NCBI GenBank assembly: GCA_029247025.1
Contig: JAQWLZ010000005.1
Span: forward strand, 1-24,000
Direction: 5' to 3'
From: Alphaproteobacteria bacterium
Lineage (GTDB): Bacteria; Pseudomonadota; Alphaproteobacteria; TMED109
Length of the DNA stretch: 24,000 nt
A program made the position numbers and the translations under genes. Positions within the stretch are counted from its first letter, which is position 1, and every line of letters starts with the position of its first letter. Below the pieces are notes generated by a model. It saw only the letters and a program-made list of their open reading frames with translations. It made no database searches and had not been told where the DNA came from. Positions 1-6,457 of the stretch are shown here, one piece after another.

Positions 1-113
1 CGAGACTAGATATCCCTTGAGAGTCGTGGAAGACTACCACGTTGATAGGCCAGGTGTGGAAGCGCAGTAATGTGTGAAGCTAACTGGTACTAATAACTCG
101 ATCGGCTTTAGTT
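1..113 (+). rRNA. rrl: 23S rRNA, 3'-terminal fragment (gene continues upstream of the window)
   Basis: Carries the conserved LSU 3' end (GTTGATAGGCCAGGTGTGGAAGCGCAGTAATGTGTGAAGCTAACTGGTACTAATAACTCGATCGGCTT), colinear with the E. coli 23S terminus as I recall it. The 3' boundary is approximate. Confidence 0.85.
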
Positions 114-181
114 CAACCCATGTACAGTAATTACTCTGTATGTTTGGCAAGTATGTATATTAACTTAACGGTATTAAGATG

Positions 182-298
182 ACTTGGTGATTATAGCGAG
201 GGGGCTGCACCCGATCCCATTCCGAACTCGGTAGTGAAAATCCTCAGCGCCGATGGTACTTCATCTTAAGGTGTGGAAGAGTAGGTCGTTGCCAGGTC
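182..298 (+). rRNA. rrf: 5S rRNA
   Basis: About 117 nt with 5S hallmarks (CCCGATCCCATTCCGAACTCGG, GCGCCGATGGTACT, GAGAGTAGGTCGTTGCCAGGTC-like). The 5' CTTGGTG pairs with the 3' GCCAGGT as helix I. The ends are within a few nt. Confidence 0.9.
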
Positions 299-364
299 TT
301 CTTAATACCGTTAGTATTAACTTCTTATGCAATTATTAGTTTATTTAGGAATTAAACTTATTAA

Positions 365-441
<77 letters not shown>

Positions 442-542
442 AAATAAATAACTAATTTTTAACAAGTTTTTTTCTTGAATAATTTAGACTAAACCCTATT
501 TATATTCTGCTGATTTAATAATATTATTTTTAGTATTTTAGT

Positions 543-785
543 TTAAATAAGTTTATTTTTACTAATCCAAAATCTATCTAGAAGGTAATACCAAAAACCA
601 TTAATTATTGGCTCTACTAATGCATCTGTTAAGCTTTCATAAATATTCGCACCTGTAAAATACATTACGCATGAAGCGGCAATAAACATATGTCCAATTG
701 AATATACAATTGTTCTAATTACTGAACCTGATTGATTTTTATAAAGATTTTTAATTTTTACCATCACGGGCCTGATAATAGGCAT
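543..785 (-). CDS. DUF2061-family small membrane protein
   Basis: 80 aa with two hydrophobic segments. The C-terminal pattern EPIINGFWYYLLDRFW resembles the DUF2061 signature (..YYxHERxW). Confidence 0.6.
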   Translation of the reverse strand: MPIIRPVMVKIKNLYKNQSGSVIRTIVYSIGHMFIAASCVMYFTGANIYESLTDALVEPIINGFWYYLLDRFWISKNKLI

Positions 786-819
786 TTATAACTATACTTT
801 ATTTTATTAAACTATATAC

Positions 820-838
820 GAGAATGATTATCATTCTC
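820..838. promoter_or_regulatory. Fur-box-like 19-bp palindrome (candidate Fur/Mur/Zur-family operator) upstream of the DUF2061 gene
   Basis: GAGAATGATTATCATTCTC has perfect 9+1+9 dyad symmetry and matches the classical Fur box GATAATGATAATCATTATC at 16 of 19 positions. It lies 35-53 nt upstream of the minus-strand start at 785. No T-run follows on either strand, so it is not an intrinsic terminator. Confidence 0.45.
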
Positions 839-949
839 AAAAAGTATTGTATAGAAATTATTTTTTTTTATATTAAATTTAATTCTTAGTATAATTTATA
901 AAATGCTAAATTAATAATTTATAGATTTTAGTAATCAATTATTAAAATA

Positions 950-1324
950 TTATTTAGTCATAGGTCCATTATTTTTTTTCCAATCACCTATAGCACCTAC
1001 ATTGGAGACATTAATGTAACCCATATCTATTAAAGTTTTTCCTGTTAATGCAGCTTGACCTCCAGCACCACAAACTAGAATAATTTCTGAGTTTTTTTTA
1101 AGATTATCATTATATAAAGGTGTAGCTTTATCAGCTACAAATTCAATTAATCCTCTTGGAATTTTTAAAGAGCCCGTTATGCTTCCTGTTTTAATTATAT
1201 CGGAGCTATCTCTTACATCAATAAAAACAGCTGAGTTATTTTTATGTTTTTCTATAGCGTCATTTAAATCAATTTTTTTTACAACTTTATTTGCTTCTTC
1301 AAGATAATCTTTTGCTGTTTTCAT
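950..1324 (-). CDS. Single-domain rhodanese-like sulfurtransferase
   Basis: 124 aa with the rhodanese layout: FIDVRD...G.I.GSLKIPRG..., and an active-site Cys loop ILVCGAGGQAALTG. Confidence 0.75.
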   Translation of the reverse strand: MKTAKDYLEEANKVVKKIDLNDAIEKHKNNSAVFIDVRDSSDIIKTGSITGSLKIPRGLIEFVADKATPLYNDNLKKNSEIILVCGAGGQAALTGKTLIDMGYINVSNVGAIGDWKKNNGPMTK

Positions 1325-1437
1325 TTTTTTTCCAATTAGTTTTAGTTTTTATTTATTAATCATAACACTCTATATTTTATCTATCAAATTTTCTTATTTT
1401 ATTTAAATATTTTAATTCTTTTGCTATATAAATATTA

Positions 1438-1914
1438 ATGTATATTTACTTTTTAAAAATTATTTTTATCTATTTAATAATAAATTTCAGTTTTGTAAAT
1501 TTATTAAAATCGCAAGACTTAACTAGACAAGAGCCTATTGAAAAAATAGTTTACTTCAAAGGAGTTTCAGGAGAATCTCATTATTATGAACCAAATGAAT
1601 TAGTATTTGAAACTGGTAAATTGTATAAATTAAAATTATTAAATAATAGTGATTCTAAACATTATTTTTCATCAGGTTCTTTTTCTAAATCTATTTTTAC
1701 AAGAAAAATATAAGTAAATTTTGAGGGTAAGAAATTAGCCGAGGTAAAAGGTATTATTAATGAGGTTGAAGTATGGCCAAATCATGAAGTTGAATGGTGG
1801 TTTGTGCCCATTAAAACGGGTCGATTTGAAGATTTATATTGTAGAGTTAAAGATATGAAAAATGGATTAAAACATAGTGAAATGGGTATGCAGGGTACTA
1901 TAATTATTAATTAA
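1438..1914 (+). pseudogene. Secreted type-1-copper cupredoxin interrupted by one in-frame TAA (1711-1713)
   Basis: ORF 1438-1713 encodes a signal peptide plus the N-terminal half of a cupredoxin (YEPNELVFETGKLYKLKLLNNSDSKHYF). The same frame continues after the TAA for 66 more codons to TAA at 1912-1914. That part encodes the C-terminal half with Cys/His/Met ligands (FEDLYCRVKDMKNGLKHSEMGMQGTIIIN). The second half has no start codon of its own. Confidence 0.65.
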
Positions 1915-2012
1915 GCTATTCGATTTATCTGCTTTAAAAAATATCATTAAATTTTACATATATAATTTTCTATTAAGTATGATTATATTACTGTATTTCA
2001 TAGGAGTATATT

Positions 2013-2402
2013 ATGACATCTGAAATTTTTTATTTAGTTTTAAGTACAGGTTTATGTCTAATTTTATGGCTACCTTATTTATTAGAAAGAATTTTTAATC
2101 AAGGTTTAATAGATACTGCAGGTTATCCAGAAAAAATTGCAGCGCCTGCTAAGTGGGCACAAAGGTCAAAATTAGCACATAGCAATATGGTAGAAAATTT
2201 ACCTCTTTTTGCAATTTTAATTATATGTCTAAATATTTTAGAAATATCTAATTCAAATACATTATTAGCAGCTAGCTTATTCTTTTATGCAAGAATTATT
2301 CATGCAGTGGTATATACATTAGGTATACCATGGGTAAGAACTTTAGCATTCGTAGCATCATGGTTAGCAAATATTATTTTATTTATAAATATTATTTTAT
2401 AA
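2013..2402 (+). CDS. MAPEG-family membrane protein (membrane glutathione S-transferase-like)
   Basis: 129 aa with about 4 TM segments and the MAPEG signature RSKLAHSNMVENLPLFAILI (compare R.H.N..EN.P.F). AGGAG lies 7 nt upstream of the ATG. Confidence 0.7.
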   Translation: MTSEIFYLVLSTGLCLILWLPYLLERIFNQGLIDTAGYPEKIAAPAKWAQRSKLAHSNMVENLPLFAILIICLNILEISNSNTLLAASLFFYARIIHAVVYTLGIPWVRTLAFVASWLANIILFINIIL

Positions 2403-2442
2403 TTCATATACACTTTAATCTTGTTAAGAGATTAGTCATATA

Positions 2443-2784
2443 ATGTTTTCAATTTCTTTTCTTATTAGTATAATTAGAATAGCTACATTTGTAATATTTG
2501 CTTTTCTGCTTGAAAAAATATTTTATAATAGAAATTTAAATTCAGAACAAAAAAAATTATATAACTATAATAGCCGAAATAATATTAGTTCATATTTAAT
2601 TATAGGACTTTCAGTATCCACTATTTTTAATATTACTGAAGATTCTTATATTTATAGAATTAATAGTTTAATGGCAATATATGGGCCATGGCTTTTTATA
2701 TTAACTGGAGTATTAATACTTATAAAAAATTTAAAGTATAATATTAGAGTAAGGCAAAAGATTTTTGAAAATAAAATAGATTAA
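2443..2784 (+). CDS. Hypothetical small membrane protein (about 3 TM)
   Basis: Only an ORF with hydrophobic segments, on the same strand between the MAPEG gene and pmoC. No family recognised. Confidence 0.35.
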   Translation: MFSISFLISIIRIATFVIFAFLLEKIFYNRNLNSEQKKLYNYNSRNNISSYLIIGLSVSTIFNITEDSYIYRINSLMAIYGPWLFILTGVLILIKNLKYNIRVRQKIFENKID

Positions 2785-2908
2785 ATTTTTCATTTAATAA
2801 TTAAATATAAATTTTACATATTAATTAGTTGGTTTCCTAAAAATAAATAAGTTACGGTTTTTAGATTAATTTTTTTAATCTTATGTTTGAATATATTGGG
2901 AGAAAAAC

Positions 2909-3766
2909 ATGGCTTTTATAGATAATATAATACATGGAAAGGGTTTAAAAAAGTCTGTGAATAGTGAAAAGTATTCTAATGATAAATTACCTTGGTATAC
3001 TAAAACAACGGTATTTAAATACGGAAATTTTGGAATATTTATGTTTGGTATTATTGTAGTTGCTGCATTGGTAGCTGGCGCTAGAATTTATCAGGGATTA
3101 TATGGATTTGAGCATGGTCTAGATTCAATGTCACAAGGATTCCAAGATTATTGGATGACTCTTGTTAAAGCAGAGTTAATAGGTATATTTTCATTTAATG
3201 TGGTGCTTTGGTTATATCTTTGGTACTCGAGAGAAAGAGATATGGATAATGTAAAACCCGAAGTTGAATTAAAAAGATATATTAATTTAGTCCTTTGGAT
3301 ATTGTCATATACATTTATAGTTTACTGGACTACTAGTTATTTTGCGTATGCCGATGGTGCCTGGCATCAAACAGTTTTAAGAGATACCAGCTTTACTCCA
3401 AGTCATAATATTTTATTCTATGGCTGTATTCCATTATATTTAACATTTGGAGTAGGAGGTTTTTTGTATGCAATGACAAGACTGCCTTCCTTTGGAAGAG
3501 CCATATCTATTGCTTATACTTTTGCTGTCCTAGGACCTGCTCTTATCCTTCCTAATTTAGGTTTTAATGAATGGGGACATGCATATTGGATGACAGAAGA
3601 AATATTTTCCCATCCACTTCATTGGGGCTTTGTAGTTTTAGGTTGGAATGCTCTAGCTATAGGTGGCGTTCTAATGCAGATTGTTATTGGAATGTCTAAA
3701 TCATTTAAAAAAATAAATTCTAAATTTGCTGATAATTCAAATTCGGAATTTACTGAAAATCTATAA
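2909..3766 (+). CDS. pmoC: Copper membrane monooxygenase subunit C (PmoC/AmoC family)
   Basis: 285 aa polytopic protein. ADGAWHQTVLRDTSFTPSHNILFYG closely matches the PmoC core (..WHQ..RDT.FTPSH..FY). D149/H153/H166 and N220/H224/H238 align with M. capsulatus PmoC D156/H160/H173 and N227/H231/H245 at a constant offset of 7. RBS is GGGAG. Confidence 0.93.
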   Translation: MAFIDNIIHGKGLKKSVNSEKYSNDKLPWYTKTTVFKYGNFGIFMFGIIVVAALVAGARIYQGLYGFEHGLDSMSQGFQDYWMTLVKAELIGIFSFNVVLWLYLWYSRERDMDNVKPEVELKRYINLVLWILSYTFIVYWTTSYFAYADGAWHQTVLRDTSFTPSHNILFYGCIPLYLTFGVGGFLYAMTRLPSFGRAISIAYTFAVLGPALILPNLGFNEWGHAYWMTEEIFSHPLHWGFVVLGWNALAIGGVLMQIVIGMSKSFKKINSKFADNSNSEFTENL

Positions 3767-3780
3767 TTATAAAATTTATA

Positions 3781-3812
3781 ACACTCCATTAAATAATCAT
3801 TTAATGGAGTGT
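3781..3812 (+). promoter_or_regulatory. Perfect 14-bp stem / 4-nt loop hairpin in the pmoC-pmoA spacer
   Basis: ACACTCCATTAAAT-aatc-ATTTAATGGAGTGT. It starts 15 nt after the pmoC stop and ends 22 nt before the pmoA ATG. It is followed by CTATAAATTT, only a weak U-tract. Confidence 0.6.
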
Positions 3813-3834
3813 CTATAAATTTGGGGGTAGAAGT

Positions 3835-4668
3835 ATGAGTAAATCTGAATCTAGAAGTTTTTTTGGTAAAATTTTCAGAATGAGGTCTGAAGATAGAGAG
3901 ATTCTTAAAATAGTAGGACTGAATAAAGAGCAAGCGGGTTTAGCCAGATATTTTGATTTTTTAGTTGTAGCGGCTGCTTTTTTATTATTTTGCGGTGCAT
4001 TTCACCTGCATGTTATGTTGTCTGCTGGTGACTGGGATATGTTTATAGATTGGAAAGATAGGCAATACTGGCCTTTAATTATTCCGATTGATACAATTAT
4101 GTTTCCGGCCGCTGTTCAAGCAGCTTTTTGGTATTATTTTAGACTTCCAATAGGAGCTACTTTATGCGGTGTTTGTCTTTTAACATCGGTATGGATTGGA
4201 ACATATAGTTATTGGCATTTATGGACTATGTTTCCTATAGTTTTAAATGTACCATCTATAATTATAGCAGGATGTATTTTACTAGATGTAATTTTACTTA
4301 TTTTTAGAAGATGGATATTTGTTGCATGTATAGGAGCTCCATTATTTGCTTTAACTTTTTATCCTAGTAATATGGCGGCTTTAACGGGTTATTATGTTCC
4401 AGTTGAACATTTAGGGTCCATGGCATCAATGGCTGATGTTATTGGCTATACTTTTCCTAGATCTGCAACACCTGAATATATTAGAATTATTGAAACAGGT
4501 ACTTTGAGAACATTTGAGGGTACTTCAGTATGGGTTTCAGGAGTATTTGCTGCTTTTGTGTGCATATTTTTATATATGCTTTGGTGGCAGATTGGAATGG
4601 CTTTTTCTACAGTTAAAACTTGGTCACAATCTCCTAAACTTAAAAAATATTTGGGATTTAAGGGATAG
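3835..4668 (+). CDS. pmoA: Copper membrane monooxygenase subunit A (PmoA/AmoA family)
   Basis: 277 aa with long colinear similarity to PmoA as I recall it: SAGDWDMFIDWKDRQYW, MFPAAVQAAFW, RLPIGATLC, YVPVEH, TPEYIRIIETGTLRTFEG. RBS is GGGGG. Confidence 0.95.
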   Translation: MSKSESRSFFGKIFRMRSEDREILKIVGLNKEQAGLARYFDFLVVAAAFLLFCGAFHLHVMLSAGDWDMFIDWKDRQYWPLIIPIDTIMFPAAVQAAFWYYFRLPIGATLCGVCLLTSVWIGTYSYWHLWTMFPIVLNVPSIIIAGCILLDVILLIFRRWIFVACIGAPLFALTFYPSNMAALTGYYVPVEHLGSMASMADVIGYTFPRSATPEYIRIIETGTLRTFEGTSVWVSGVFAAFVCIFLYMLWWQIGMAFSTVKTWSQSPKLKKYLGFKG

Positions 4669-4671
4669 CAA

Positions 4672-5961
4672 ATGAAAATTAATTATACAAAATTATTAAA
4701 AATATTTTTAATATCAATATTTTATTTTGTTATTGATATGGTAGTGGCATATGCACATGGCGAAAAAGCTATGGAACCATATTTTAGAACAAGGACTGTT
4801 ATGTTTTATGATGTCACTTGGTCTACAGATAATGTAAAAGTAGGAGAGAATGTAACTATAGAGGGTAAATTTAGATTACATAGTGATTGGCCACAAGCAG
4901 TAGATGACCCTGACGTAATATATGTAAATCAAAGTATACCAGGTCCAGTATTTGCAAAAATTGAATCTTACTTAAATGGAGTTCCTGCACGACAATCTTT
5001 TAGAGATATGGAAGTTGGTAAAGATTACCATTACAAGATGGTGCTTCAAGGGAGAGTTCCTGGAAACCATCATGTGCACCCTGGAATAGCAATTAAAGGC
5101 TCTGGAACAATTATTGGTCCAGGACAGTTTATTAAGGTGTCAGGTTCACAAAAAGATTTTAAATTTCCTGTAACTACGATGGATGGAGTATTAATTGAAG
5201 ATTTAGAAACATATGCACTAGCAGATGTATTTAAATGGCATTCTACGCTAGCAATTCTGGGAATTTTTTGGCTACTTTGGTGGGTTTGGAGGCCACTATT
5301 AATTCCTAGATATCAAGCATTAAAGCAAGGACGAGAAGATTTATTAATAACTAGACTAGATTTAACAGTAGGAATTTTATTAGGAGTATTTGTTTTTGTT
5401 GCCATTGTTTATAATTATAATGTTCAGGCTAATAAATATCCTATAACAGTTCCTTTACAGACTAGTAGAATGTATACAGATCCTTTACCTGTTGCTGATC
5501 CACAAATTAAAATTAATGTCAGTCGTGCAGAATATGATATTCCAGGAAGAACTATGCGTATGTGGGTTGAAGTAAAAAACAATGGAGATAATAAAGTACG
5601 TTTAGGTGAGTTAACAACGGCTAATTTAAGGTTTATAAATAAATCTTTCGGTCATGCTATGAATAATGTAACTGCAAATTATCCATCAGAACATATGGCA
5701 GATGGTGGGTTAGAAATAGATAAGGATAAGTATATAAACCCAGGAGAAAGTCATAAAATGTTCATTACTGCTCAGGATGCAAGATGGGAAACCGAACGTC
5801 TTACAGCATTTTTAACGGACGTTGATGCCAGAGTAGGTGCATTATTGTTTTTTTATGATGAAGAAGGTAATAGAAAGATACTTGATGTAGCGTCATCAAT
5901 ATTACCAGTATTTACAGATGATGATGGAACTGGTCCAAGTTATCAAAGGATTGGAAGGTAG
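4672..5961 (+). CDS. pmoB: Copper membrane monooxygenase subunit B (PmoB/AmoB family)
   Basis: 429 aa. A signal peptide ends AYA|HGEKAMEPYFRTRTV (compare HGEKSQAAFMRMRT in PmoB). An H-V-H pair sits in PGNHHVHPG..GPGQFIKVSG. Two central TM helices separate two cupredoxin-like halves. It starts 3 nt after the pmoA stop. Confidence 0.93.
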   Translation: MKINYTKLLKIFLISIFYFVIDMVVAYAHGEKAMEPYFRTRTVMFYDVTWSTDNVKVGENVTIEGKFRLHSDWPQAVDDPDVIYVNQSIPGPVFAKIESYLNGVPARQSFRDMEVGKDYHYKMVLQGRVPGNHHVHPGIAIKGSGTIIGPGQFIKVSGSQKDFKFPVTTMDGVLIEDLETYALADVFKWHSTLAILGIFWLLWWVWRPLLIPRYQALKQGREDLLITRLDLTVGILLGVFVFVAIVYNYNVQANKYPITVPLQTSRMYTDPLPVADPQIKINVSRAEYDIPGRTMRMWVEVKNNGDNKVRLGELTTANLRFINKSFGHAMNNVTANYPSEHMADGGLEIDKDKYINPGESHKMFITAQDARWETERLTAFLTDVDARVGALLFFYDEEGNRKILDVASSILPVFTDDDGTGPSYQRIGR

Positions 5962-5962
5962 C

Positions 5963-6457
5963 GTGCTAAATTTAAAAAAATCAAGATTTCTTTATTTTAT
6001 AATTATAAGCATCTTAGGTTTATTATTTACATTTACTAGTAACGCACATACTTACAAGAAAATGGATGTTGAAATTATTCATCCTTGGTGTGTAGCTACT
6101 TTATCGGGCGGTAATTCAAATGCGTATATTACTATTTCTAATGATTCTAATAAAGACGTAGAATTAATAGGAATTAGTTCTGATTTTATTCAACATATAA
6201 TGATTATGAAAAATGGTAAATCTATAGAAAAAATTTCTATTTCTGCAGATGGTGGAATAAGAGGCGAAGATGATTTTTCAATTATGTTTCATGGCTCAAA
6301 AAAAGATTTAGTAAGTGGAGAAAATATTCCAGCAATTTTAAAATTTTCATCAGGTATGACAATTGATATTAAGTTTGTTATAGGTGAAAATACTACTCTT
6401 GATGAAAAAGAAAATACAGAAAACAAACAAGAGCATCATGATCATAGTAACCACTAA
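5963..6457 (+). CDS. PCu(A)C-like periplasmic copper chaperone (DUF461) with a His-rich C-terminal tail
   Basis: Family layout: IIHPWCVAT..NAYITISNDSNKDVELIGISS..QHIMIMKNG...IMFHGSKKDLVSGENIPAILKFSSGMTIDIKFVI, with tail EHHDHSNH. I prefer the GTG at 5963 (GGAAGG upstream, 1 nt after the pmoB stop, directly preceding the signal peptide) over the track's ATG at 5918 inside pmoB. Confidence 0.7.
   Translation: MLNLKKSRFLYFIIISILGLLFTFTSNAHTYKKMDVEIIHPWCVATLSGGNSNAYITISNDSNKDVELIGISSDFIQHIMIMKNGKSIEKISISADGGIRGEDDFSIMFHGSKKDLVSGENIPAILKFSSGMTIDIKFVIGENTTLDEKENTENKQEHHDHSNH

Noticed and set aside
1711-1713. In-frame TAA as evidence for an alternative genetic code or programmed readthrough
   Set aside because: TAA, TAG and TGA each terminate well-supported genes in this window at family-typical lengths (for example pmoC TAA, pmoA/pmoB TAG, phoX and the SMP-30 gene TGA). 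No other gene shows internal stops.
3619-3933. 104-aa minus-strand ORF spanning the pmoC 3' end, the hairpin and the pmoA 5' end
   Set aside because: It lies antisense to two strongly supported genes. The sequence is low-complexity with no recognisable family, as expected for a chance ORF in AT-rich DNA.
5918-5962. Track start (ATG 5918) of the PCu(A)C-like ORF inside pmoB, and likewise ATG 6384 for the next ORF
   Set aside because: The extra residues would sit in front of an otherwise normal signal peptide. The starts at GTG 5963 and ATG 6438 place the signal peptide at the N-terminus. The exact starts remain unverified.
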